Part shown: positions 26,556 to 35,348 of the stretch, in pieces
How positions within the stretch are numbered: the stretch's first letter is position 1
Layout: each line of letters begins with the position of its first letter
Source of the DNA: a virus
Taxonomy: Duplodnaviria; Caudoviricetes
DNA length: 38,399 bases
Strand: one strand, 5' to 3'
Virus record (IMG/VR): IMGVR_UViG_3300005804_000120
Coordinates: 1-38,399 of that record
Program-made: the position numbers and the translations under genes
Notes under the pieces: model-generated
Seen by the model: only the letters and a program-made list of their open reading frames with translations
Database searches by the model: none
Told to the model about the DNA's origin: nothing

Positions 26556-27055
26556 AACTCTCTGTCTCCACCATCAAAACCGGCGCAGTCCTGGACGGCC
26601 GCGGACCGGAGATAACCCAGGCCGGGCTGGATCGGCTGGTCACCCTGGTGACCATGTTCCTCCTGGCCGAGGTGAAGAAGCGGACGCCCCAGGGAGTCTA
26701 CGGCGCCCAGGGCGGCCTGCTCGGATCGATGCAGGGCGAGGTCAAGGGCAAGGGGACGCCGGTAATCAAGGGCATCGTCATGAGCGCCCAGAAGTACGCG
26801 GAGCCCATCGAAAAGGGGCGCAGCGCCGGGAAATCCTGGCCTCCGGAAGGAACGCTGGTTCGCTGGATCGAGGTCAAGTTCGGAGTCGACAACGTAACCG
26901 CCAAGCGGATCGAGTTCGCGGTCCGGAGAAAGATCGGCCGGAAGGGTTTTCCGGGAGCGCACATGTTCGAGCGGGCGGCCAGCGAGAACACCGGCAAGAT
27001 TGATGCGATGGCCGCGGCGGAAGGGTTCAGGATAGCCGTCGAACTCGACGGCTGA
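26552..27055 (+). CDS. neck/tail-completion protein (HK97 gp10-like)
   Basis: VKKRTP...YAEPIEKGR...WPP...RKIGRKG...MFERA. Confidence 0.7.
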   Translation: MKLSVSTIKTGAVLDGRGPEITQAGLDRLVTLVTMFLLAEVKKRTPQGVYGAQGGLLGSMQGEVKGKGTPVIKGIVMSAQKYAEPIEKGRSAGKSWPPEGTLVRWIEVKFGVDNVTAKRIEFAVRRKIGRKGFPGAHMFERAASENTGKIDAMAAAEGFRIAVELDG

Positions 27056-27112
27056 AGCCCAGTGTTGAGTTTTAAGTTTTTAGTTTTGAGTTAAAGGTGA
27101 AAGGCAAAAGCC

Positions 27113-27556
27113 ATGTCTGAATCTGCGAATCGTCAAAAGGTTTTTGAAATCATCTCCGCCGTGCCGAACGTGGGCAAGACCCATGACTATGAGCGCTGGG
27201 CTGCGACGCAGGGCAAGTTCATCGAGTTTTTCAAGGACACGGCATCCGGCCGGATCCTGGGCGGGGAGATCTGCAGGACCGGCATGCCGGCCGAGAAGAT
27301 TGATGTCATCGAGGAGAGCCGGACCCATCAGTTCGTGTTCAAGTACTACATGGCGGTGAACGATGAAGATGCCACCGAGAAGCTGTTCAACGCCAAAATC
27401 GAGGCCATCTGCGACGCGTTCAAGGGGGACCACACCCTGGGTGGAGTCTGTCTCGACGCGGGGCCGGTGTCGGTGGAGGTCATCGATGTCAGGATGTTCG
27501 GGCAGGTGCTCTGTCACTACGCGGAGCTGAAGATACCTGCCAACGAAATTGTATAG
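27113..27556 (+). CDS. tail terminator/completion protein, putative
   Basis: 147 aa before the tail tube; TLGG...FGQVLCHYAEL. Confidence 0.65.
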   Translation: MSESANRQKVFEIISAVPNVGKTHDYERWAATQGKFIEFFKDTASGRILGGEICRTGMPAEKIDVIEESRTHQFVFKYYMAVNDEDATEKLFNAKIEAICDAFKGDHTLGGVCLDAGPVSVEVIDVRMFGQVLCHYAELKIPANEIV

Positions 27557-27584
27557 GCGTATAGGTGAAAGGGGGTTATGACCC

Positions 27585-27857
27585 ATGTCAAAAATCACGG
27601 TTAAGGCGAAAATCGACGGCGGCACTCACCTGAAGTACGGCGAAATCAAGGCCGGTCAGAAGTACGAAATCGACCCCGAGGACTTCGGCGAGGAGTTGTT
27701 CGAACGGCCCAAGGGGTTCGAGAGTCCGCACGAGAAGGCGGACCGGGAGAGACGGGAAGAAAACGAGAGGGCCGAGGACCGCGGACCGGGGACCGAGGAA
27801 AACCCCGAACCTCGAGCCTCGGGCCTCGATTCTGAAGCAACGGAAGGGGGTAACTAG
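27585..27857 (+). CDS. small hypothetical protein
   Basis: 90 aa; C-terminus encoded by inverted heptamer repeats. Confidence 0.6.
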   Translation: MSKITVKAKIDGGTHLKYGEIKAGQKYEIDPEDFGEELFERPKGFESPHEKADRERREENERAEDRGPGTEENPEPRASGLDSEATEGGN

Positions 27858-27859
27858 CC

Positions 27860-28927
27860 ATGCCGGGACCTATGACCGGAGCGCAGCAGGCGCTGGCAAT
27901 GAAGAAGGCGGCGACGTGGGGCACGGCGGTGGCGTGCGGCGCCGGTGACGGAATTCTCTTTCTCTCCGGCCAGGCGAAGCGTGACGCCCAGGTGGTGGTG
28001 GACGAGTCGCGCGGTCGGGCGTTCGCGCTGGACGCTACGCCGGGGCCGATTGCCTGCGCCCCCAGCTACAAATTCAACCTGCGCTATGCGGGCATGGAAC
28101 TCCTGGCGGCCATGCTGATGGGGACCGCCGGCGTGCCGACCCAGCAGGGCGGCTCGGCTGCGTACCTGCATGCCCTGCGCTGGAACACGGACCCCTACGG
28201 CCTCATGCTGACCATCGCCAAGAACATGATCGCCTACATCGAGGAGGTTCCGACCGCCAAGGTGGTCGGTATCACCATCACCGGCGAGGTGGGGCCGAAT
28301 CCGCTGACCATGGACGTGGAAGTCATCGGCATCAACAAGGAGGTGGCGTCGGCCGTAAATACTCTGGCCACGTTCGCCAACGTTACCATCCCGACCGATG
28401 CCGACCGCAACCCGGTGATGTTCAGCCAGACGGTTTTCCGGCTCAACGCCCAGGGCGGAGCGGCGCTGGGCGCGGGTGACCTGATTTATCCGAGCAAGTT
28501 CACCCTGGCCATCAAGCGGAAGATGAAAGGAGAGAACACCGGGGCGTACCGCACCACCGGCGCCAACCCCCAGGACCTGGTGGATGAACCGAGCAACGAC
28601 GGATTCCCGGACATCAAGCTCACGCTGGAATTTCCAAAGCACACGGCGACCACGTACCTGGCAGCCCTGGCGGCCGACAGCAGGTACAAGATGGACATCG
28701 CAGCGACGGGCGCGCTGATTGCCGCGACCTACTACTACAAGCACTTGTGGCAGTTTCCGCACCTGCAGATGATCAACGCCAACCCCACCGACGACAACGG
28801 GCGCATCAAGGAACCGTTGGAATTCAACGTCCTCGGGGCGCTGGCAGCGCCGACCGGGATGACCGGCATCACCACGCCGGTGGCGTGGGACATCATGTCC
28901 AAGAAGAGCACGGATCCGCTGGCGTAA
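27860..28927 (+). CDS. major tail (tube) protein
   Basis: 355 aa, beta-rich; upstream of chaperone and tape measure; no sheath gene seen. Confidence 0.75.
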   Translation: MPGPMTGAQQALAMKKAATWGTAVACGAGDGILFLSGQAKRDAQVVVDESRGRAFALDATPGPIACAPSYKFNLRYAGMELLAAMLMGTAGVPTQQGGSAAYLHALRWNTDPYGLMLTIAKNMIAYIEEVPTAKVVGITITGEVGPNPLTMDVEVIGINKEVASAVNTLATFANVTIPTDADRNPVMFSQTVFRLNAQGGAALGAGDLIYPSKFTLAIKRKMKGENTGAYRTTGANPQDLVDEPSNDGFPDIKLTLEFPKHTATTYLAALAADSRYKMDIAATGALIAATYYYKHLWQFPHLQMINANPTDDNGRIKEPLEFNVLGALAAPTGMTGITTPVAWDIMSKKSTDPLA

Positions 28928-28987
28928 AATCAGTGAACAGTGAACCGTGAAGAGTGAACAGAAAACCTGAATTCAACGGAGGTTTGA

Positions 28988-29389
28988 ATGGCAAAGTTGG
29001 GAATTTTCGACGAAACGCGGAAACGCTGGATACAGTTCGATGAGGACACGGAGGTGCTCCTTTCCTACCTGGGCAAGGAGGAGGCCCTGGAATTGAGCAA
29101 GCAGGCGGACAAGCTCGTGAGCCGTACCGGGTCTGACCGGGTGGTTGTGTGGAACCAGAAGCTGGGCGAGCGGACGGTGCACGGCTGGCGGCACCTGAAG
29201 AATTACGACCTCCCGGGTTTTACCTATCCCGACGGGCGGCCGATTCCTTTCACCCCTGAGAACCGCGACCTGCTGATGAAGAGCTGCCGCGAGTTCAGCG
29301 TTTTCGTGGGTGAGCAGACCATCGACGCCAAGGTGTTCATGGAGATCGAGGCCCAGGCCGGGGAGGCCGAGGCAATAAAAAACGACTGA
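28988..29389 (+). CDS. tail assembly chaperone (gpG-like)
   Basis: Between tube and TMP; ends ...AIKND across an A-AAA-AAC slippery site. Confidence 0.75.
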   Translation: MAKLGIFDETRKRWIQFDEDTEVLLSYLGKEEALELSKQADKLVSRTGSDRVVVWNQKLGERTVHGWRHLKNYDLPGFTYPDGRPIPFTPENRDLLMKSCREFSVFVGEQTIDAKVFMEIEAQAGEAEAIKND

Positions 29390-29721
29390 CCGCGTATTTC
29401 CTGGCACGGCTGGATTTCCCGGCCGTGCACTGCCAGGCTTGCCGGAAATACGCGCTGGAAGAACAGATTGAACCTTCCTGCATCAGCGCCGAATGTCCAA
29501 TCGGCGTTGACAACCTCACCCCCCCGGACCTCCGTATCCTGGAGATCCGGGGGCTGCTTGTCGATTTAAACGAACTCCACCTGGCCGAACGGATTTGCGA
29601 GGAATACGGCGTCACCGCCTCGGACCTGCACATCCTGGCCCACGTCGAACGGCTGCTGAGAGAGCTGAATCCGGAGAATCAGAATGGCGATAGTCCAGAT
29701 CATAATCCAGGGAAAGAATGA
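29377..29721 (+). CDS. tail assembly chaperone gpT-like part, reached by -1 frameshift
   Basis: The -1 frame is open from the heptamer AAAAAAC (29377-29383) through RLTAYFLARLDFPAVHCQAC... to 29721. Confidence 0.7.
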   Translation, partial: KKRLTAYFLARLDFPAVHCQACRKYALEEQIEPSCISAECPIGVDNLTPPDLRILEIRGLLVDLNELHLAERICEEYGVTASDLHILAHVERLLRELNPENQNGDSPDHNPGKE

Positions 29722-31903
29722 GTCCGGAGGTGCGTTCAATACCACCCGGAAAGACGTGGACCTGCTGGATAAGGCGGTGGGGGGGCTGAAGAATGGTCTG
29801 GCTGCGCTGGGTCTTTCGTTTTCCGCCATCAAGCTGTTCGATATGGCCAAGGATGCGGCCATGCTGAATGCGCGCTACACCACCCTGGGCGTGACCATGC
29901 AGGTGGTCGGCGCGAACGCCGGCTATACGGCCGACGAGATGGCACGGTACGAGTCGCAACTCAGGAAAAACGGCATCGCCATGATAGAGTCCCGGGAGAC
30001 GCTGACCAAGATGGCCAGCGCGCACATGGACCTGGCCGAAGCGGCGAAGCTTTCCCGGGTTGCCCAGGATGCGGCGGTCATTGGCGGCATCAACTCCTCC
30101 GAGGCATTTAACCGCATGGTGGATGGGATCCGAAGCGGCGAGGTGGAAATTCTGAAGACCATCGGCATCAACGTTAGTTTTGAGCAGAGTTACAAGAAGA
30201 TGGCCCAGCAACTGGGCAAGACCAGCGACGAGCTGACCGAGACCGAGAAGGTGATGGCCAGGACCAACGCTGTCATCGAGAAGGGCGCTGATATTGCCGG
30301 GGCCTACGAGGCGGCCATGGGCACCGCCGGGAAGCAGGTCACGTCGATGCAGCGGTACATCGACAACCTAAAGGTCACTGTCGGGGAAGTGTTCCAGGAC
30401 CTGCTCATCGTGGCCGTCACCAAGTACACCGACGCGCTGAAAGACGCCAACACCGAAGCTGAACGGCTGCAGCAGGAGGGCAAGCTGAAGGAATGGGGCC
30501 GAGATATGGTTATTGCCCTGGCCGGGGTGGCCGATGCCGTGCGGATCGTTATCAACCTGGTGGCGACGGTCACCAGTACTGCCATTGCCGGAGCCATGCA
30601 GATTTATGCGCTGGGTTCGGCAGCTGCGGCTGTGGCACGCGGGGATTTGGCGGGAGCCCGGCGATCCCTGGATGAATTCAAGGCGTACGGCGACGGCTGG
30701 TGGGAAGATATGAAGCAACGCTGGAGCGGAAAATCCTTTGTACAGACGGCGAAGGATATGTTCGCCGAGAGAGACCGTAACGCGCCCGCCGATGCGGCGA
30801 AGCGAAAAGAAATGGAGGACCGGCAGCTGGCCGCGGGCCGCGAGCGCAGGCTCCAGGAGGAAGCCGAGGCCAGGGCCGCCGCGCTGGCAAAGGAAGAGAA
30901 GAGCTGGGCAAAGCTGGCCGAATGGGCCGACAGCTCGGTTGAGAAGATGATTGAGGCCGAGGAACGGCAACTGGAAGAGATGCGCAAGCGGTCCGACAAG
31001 TACGAGGAACTGGCCGCCAAGATGCTGGATTACGAGGGCAAGTACGTGGAGGCCGCGGATCGGCGCCAGGAGACAGACAAGCAGAGCGCTGAATATCTGC
31101 AGCTGCAGACCGATGCGACCAACGAACTGCGCGGGGCAGTGGAAGCCCTGGCTGCTAAAGAGAAACAGCATGCCATCGACAAGGCCCTGGCCCAGGCCCG
31201 GGAAAACGAAGAGCGTCGCAACTATGCCGACGAGACTGCTCGCCTCCAGGCGGAACTGGACGCTTTGCTGGGCAAGGACAAGGCACTGATTGATTCCGAG
31301 GCCAAGCTGCGCGAGGGGCTCAACGCCATGGCCGGCCTCCAGGACCGGATCCGTATTGCCTGGGCCGAGGGGAACAAGGTGGCCATATCGGCGCTGTCGC
31401 AGCAGATCGCCCTCCAGGACCGGCTGAACGCGAAGGTTTCCGAGCAGATTGCATTCATGGAAAGCGTGAAGGTCCTGACCGGCGAGATAGTCGGTTTTAT
31501 CAATGGCCAAGCGGTGTACCGCGACGACTGGAAAAAAGACCAGTACTGGTACCAGTCACCGCAGGCAGCGGCTCAGGCGGCCCAGGGGGCGGCAGGCTCA
31601 CCTTGGGGGCAGCCTGCCGGTACCATCTACGATGTAAACGGCAACCCAATCGATGTCCCCAAATTTGCCACCGGGACACCCTACGTGACCCGCGGCGGCT
31701 ACGCCTATATCCATGAGGGGGAGCGGGTAGTCACTGCAGCTGACAACCGGCGGGGCGGCGGCGTCAGTAGCATCTCCATCGGCAACATCAGTATCCCAAT
31801 CACCATGGTGTCAACCGGTAACGCTCAAACAGATGCTGACGCGTTGGTCCGAACGGCTGTCCCTAAACTCCGCCGCGCGTTGCGGAACAGTCTCGCGGCA
31901 TGA
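29684..31903 (+). CDS. tape measure protein
   Basis: 739 aa, Ala-rich helical; C-terminal FATGTPYV...IHEGERVV motif. Confidence 0.9.
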   Translation: MAIVQIIIQGKNESGGAFNTTRKDVDLLDKAVGGLKNGLAALGLSFSAIKLFDMAKDAAMLNARYTTLGVTMQVVGANAGYTADEMARYESQLRKNGIAMIESRETLTKMASAHMDLAEAAKLSRVAQDAAVIGGINSSEAFNRMVDGIRSGEVEILKTIGINVSFEQSYKKMAQQLGKTSDELTETEKVMARTNAVIEKGADIAGAYEAAMGTAGKQVTSMQRYIDNLKVTVGEVFQDLLIVAVTKYTDALKDANTEAERLQQEGKLKEWGRDMVIALAGVADAVRIVINLVATVTSTAIAGAMQIYALGSAAAAVARGDLAGARRSLDEFKAYGDGWWEDMKQRWSGKSFVQTAKDMFAERDRNAPADAAKRKEMEDRQLAAGRERRLQEEAEARAAALAKEEKSWAKLAEWADSSVEKMIEAEERQLEEMRKRSDKYEELAAKMLDYEGKYVEAADRRQETDKQSAEYLQLQTDATNELRGAVEALAAKEKQHAIDKALAQARENEERRNYADETARLQAELDALLGKDKALIDSEAKLREGLNAMAGLQDRIRIAWAEGNKVAISALSQQIALQDRLNAKVSEQIAFMESVKVLTGEIVGFINGQAVYRDDWKKDQYWYQSPQAAAQAAQGAAGSPWGQPAGTIYDVNGNPIDVPKFATGTPYVTRGGYAYIHEGERVVTAADNRRGGGVSSISIGNISIPITMVSTGNAQTDADALVRTAVPKLRRALRNSLAA

Positions 31904-33117
31904 CCGATACCTGGGAATTTGTAGACAGCGGATACATCCAGGATGGCTACGCGTTCACCCCCCGCCAGGTCATCTTCCAGTTCGGCGAGAACCGACTGGA
32001 ACTGCGCGGGCCGTCGGGCCGGAGCGGATCCGTGCGGCTGCTGCAGGCGGAGGAATACTCCATCGGCTGGGCACGCCACGGGTTCGCTCCGATTGCCGCT
32101 GTCCACACCCTCACGCTGGAATACCGGCGCATGTCTGCCGAAGAGTACCAGGCCCTGGAGGCGTTCCAGGCGGCGGTCGACTACACCGCCAACGAGTTCG
32201 ACTACATCGACGGCGCCACCGGGCGCACCATCCAGGTGCGGTTCGCCGAGCCGAAGCAGGCCATCGAGGAGGCCGGGTACGACCTGTACCGCGGCCGGAT
32301 CGCGCTGCTGTCCCTGACCCCGTTCATTCCGTTTCCGGCCACACCTCCGCTCAATGTCGACGCCATCCTGTCGACCGCCCACTATCCCTACCAATTCTCC
32401 GTCGAACGGAAGCAGCCCCGCGGCTGGATGAGCGACGGCAGCCTGCGAGTGGTCAACAAATCGGCCATCAAGCGGCGTTTCCACACCATTCCCCTGGTTC
32501 GACGCACGGCCGCCGAACTGGGGGATCTGCTATCGTTTTTCCAAAACTCCGCCGTGGGGATGAAAAACAAGTGGCCCTGGACCTGGGGCGAGGCGCCCAG
32601 GCTGGCGCGGTTTGCCGAGACCAGCCTCGACTGGCAGCGGTCGCCGGTGAGGAGCGACCGCTATGACATTACCGTGACGCTGGAGGAGGAGGAGTGGTCT
32701 CCTCTCAGCCTGTTTATGGACGGCTCCCAGGGTCTCTGGCTCGACGTGCAGGATCTCTCCACCCTGTTCCAGGACGCGGCCGGGACCACTCCGGTAACCG
32801 CGCCCGGGCAGCCGGTGGGGCTGATACGCGACAAGAGCGGTCGAGGGAACCATCTCTCCCAGGCAACCAGCAGCGCGAAGCCCATCCTTCGACAGGATGC
32901 GGGCGGGCGTTATTACCTGGAGCCGGACGGGGTGGACGACCTGTTGAGTGTGACGTTCGGAGCGGCCGCAGGCAACTGCACGTTGGTGTTTGCGGGACCT
33001 GACGAGTGCACCGTGCTGTGGCCGCTCAACGTGGGCGCCACGTTCGAACTGCATTCCGGCCCCTGTTACGGGCTGGTGCTGGTGGCAAAACAGCTGATTG
33101 AGGGTATCGACCTATGA
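31900..33117 (+). CDS. distal-tail-like protein with C-terminal duplicated accessory domain
   Basis: Immediately after the TMP; the last 139 aa are paralogous to 22851-23315. Confidence 0.65.
   Translation: MTDTWEFVDSGYIQDGYAFTPRQVIFQFGENRLELRGPSGRSGSVRLLQAEEYSIGWARHGFAPIAAVHTLTLEYRRMSAEEYQALEAFQAAVDYTANEFDYIDGATGRTIQVRFAEPKQAIEEAGYDLYRGRIALLSLTPFIPFPATPPLNVDAILSTAHYPYQFSVERKQPRGWMSDGSLRVVNKSAIKRRFHTIPLVRRTAAELGDLLSFFQNSAVGMKNKWPWTWGEAPRLARFAETSLDWQRSPVRSDRYDITVTLEEEEWSPLSLFMDGSQGLWLDVQDLSTLFQDAAGTTPVTAPGQPVGLIRDKSGRGNHLSQATSSAKPILRQDAGGRYYLEPDGVDDLLSVTFGAAAGNCTLVFAGPDECTVLWPLNVGATFELHSGPCYGLVLVAKQLIEGIDL
32698..33117 (+). repeat. 420-bp direct repeat, copy 2
   Basis: Colinear with 22896-23315. 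Confidence 0.9.
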
Positions 33118-35339
33118 GAGCATTCCCCGCCGCATTCCAGGCCGAGTTGGCCCGAAACGGCTGCAACCCGTACTGGCTGCTGAAAATCACCGTGGGTGCC
33201 GCCACCTATTACCTGAGCGACAATGACCGCTATATCACCGCGATCCCGGCCCAGGCATACGGCGTGGTCAAATCCCTTGGGGCGGTTCGAGACGGCATAT
33301 CCGGCGCACTGGACGACTTCCGCGTCGCCGAATACTCGGTCGTTCTCGTCCTGGGAGGCATGGGGCCGGACCTGGCGTACCTGGCAGACACCGGCGCCCT
33401 GGATGACGCGCGCTGCGATCTGTACCTGGGGCTGGGAGGCATAGCCGAGGCGCCACAACTCATCCAGCCGGGGAGGATACGGGATTTCGGCGAGATAACC
33501 GACACAACCATTACCCTGACGATCCAGGACCTGACCATAGACCTGGAGCGGTTTTACGTCGGCAAGAAGGCCACTGCCACCGATTATCCCACCATAGACC
33601 CTGCGGACGTCGGGAAGCTGTTGCCGATATGCTTCGGCAGCGCACCCAAACAGCCCGCCCTGGCCCTGTCAATGGGGGCACGGACCACGCTGAAAACCGC
33701 CATCGCCACCACCGGCGAGACGACCATCTACCCGTCGGACCTGACCGGCATCGCGCTGGGCGATCAAATCATCGTTGACGCTGAGCGGATGTATGTCGGG
33801 GTGCAGTCGGGCGGTGGCCTCATCGTCACCCGCGGTTACAACGGTACCACGGCGGCAGCCCATACCCAGGGCGCAGCCGTGGTGAAACTGCAGACCCTGG
33901 TCTACTGCGTGAGCTGGCGGGCCGTAACGAGCATCGACAAGGTGTGGCTGCGCCGCAACGATCTGGACCTGGACATCACCGCCTATTGCACCCGCTACAC
34001 CGGGCAGGCTGGCAACCAGTTGAGCGGTTACGGTTCCATGGCCATGATAACCCTCACGACCACCCAACTGGCGCAAATCCTGGCACTGGCGAATATGTCC
34101 GTGAGCAGCACCGACACCATCGCCACGGCGGCGCAGGATCAGTATTCCACCATAGACCTGGACGAATATGATTTCACCGGCTCCATCGAGTACCTGCCAT
34201 CGATAATCAACGGCAACCTACAGGAGGGCTCCCGGATGCTGGCCGGCTCGTCCGTTACCTTGAAAAAGGCCAAGGTGGTCTCCGCTGCCGGCAAGCCGCT
34301 CTATGTGCGGGTATGTGTTAAAGCAGGACACGCCACGTACTCTGGTTATAACTATTTCAAGTGGTACTGCAACGGTTCGTACGTCGGGCAAGTGCAGGCC
34401 GGCGGGACTACCCCTACGGTATTCCGTTCAGGTTGGCTGGCCCTGGCCTCGTGGCTCGATCTAAACGCCAGCAACAGCTATGTATATTCGGCAAATGCCG
34501 CGGGCGAGCCGAGCGTATGGGTATGGGAGGTCTGGTTGGAGGTTACCAGCAACCCTGCCGCGTCGTCCACGTCGACCGAGGGGGTTGCCAAAACCGGTAC
34601 CGTTACCGTGCAACTGACCGGCTCGGTCGTGAGCGACTATTTCGGGTCCGGCAAGGTTTTGGCCGACGTAACAGCCGATGCCGGCACCCCTGCCGGGATG
34701 GCGGACTGGATACTGTCCCAGGCGGGACTGCCTGCTTCGGTCACGATAGGCGCACTGACTGCGGACCAGTTCGGCGGGCGCATCGATGAGTACAAGACGG
34801 CGCTCTGGTGGCTCAATTACCTCGCGTTCCAGGCCGGAGCCTGGTTCATGTTGCGCTCCGGCGCACCATCCCTGGTGAGCCGCCAGGTGTCGGTGGCATC
34901 CCGCACGATTACCGCCTGCCGGGCCAGCGAGGACGGCAGGCGTGACATGAGCCGCACCAGAACCGCCGTTGACGACGTGATAGACAAGATCAGCGTACTG
35001 TATGCCCGGGACTGGACAAAATCTCGCGGTTCCGATGCCTATGCCGGGTGCACGGCCGTCGCCGGCGCCGGGGACCGGGAGCGGCCGGAACTTTTCCAGT
35101 TTGACCTCATTCGGGCCGACATCCTGGCTGCAGCCCTGCGAGACCTGTATTCACTGCTGTACGGAGCCCGCCGGAAGGTGGTGAGATTCGGCGCATGGAT
35201 CGACCAGGCTGACCTGGAGTCTGGGGATGTGGTGCTGCTGGAGTTCCTGGGCGGCGCGATGGGGACTGTTATGCCCGCGGAACAGGTGCCCGGCAGCATG
35301 GACAGTGCGGACAGCGTCGAGCTGACGATATTAATTTAA
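33114..35339 (+). CDS. tail tip/hub protein
   Basis: 741 aa; GKLLPICFG, TRGYNGTTAAAH and DLESGDVV motifs; position in the tail module. Confidence 0.7.
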   Translation: MRAFPAAFQAELARNGCNPYWLLKITVGAATYYLSDNDRYITAIPAQAYGVVKSLGAVRDGISGALDDFRVAEYSVVLVLGGMGPDLAYLADTGALDDARCDLYLGLGGIAEAPQLIQPGRIRDFGEITDTTITLTIQDLTIDLERFYVGKKATATDYPTIDPADVGKLLPICFGSAPKQPALALSMGARTTLKTAIATTGETTIYPSDLTGIALGDQIIVDAERMYVGVQSGGGLIVTRGYNGTTAAAHTQGAAVVKLQTLVYCVSWRAVTSIDKVWLRRNDLDLDITAYCTRYTGQAGNQLSGYGSMAMITLTTTQLAQILALANMSVSSTDTIATAAQDQYSTIDLDEYDFTGSIEYLPSIINGNLQEGSRMLAGSSVTLKKAKVVSAAGKPLYVRVCVKAGHATYSGYNYFKWYCNGSYVGQVQAGGTTPTVFRSGWLALASWLDLNASNSYVYSANAAGEPSVWVWEVWLEVTSNPAASSTSTEGVAKTGTVTVQLTGSVVSDYFGSGKVLADVTADAGTPAGMADWILSQAGLPASVTIGALTADQFGGRIDEYKTALWWLNYLAFQAGAWFMLRSGAPSLVSRQVSVASRTITACRASEDGRRDMSRTRTAVDDVIDKISVLYARDWTKSRGSDAYAGCTAVAGAGDRERPELFQFDLIRADILAAALRDLYSLLYGARRKVVRFGAWIDQADLESGDVVLLEFLGGAMGTVMPAEQVPGSMDSADSVELTILI

Positions 35340-35348
35340 GGAGGTTTT

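Noticed and set aside
32698-33117. The 420-bp duplication as a second TR/VR pair
   Set aside because: Differences are not adenine-specific and there is no similarity to the TR
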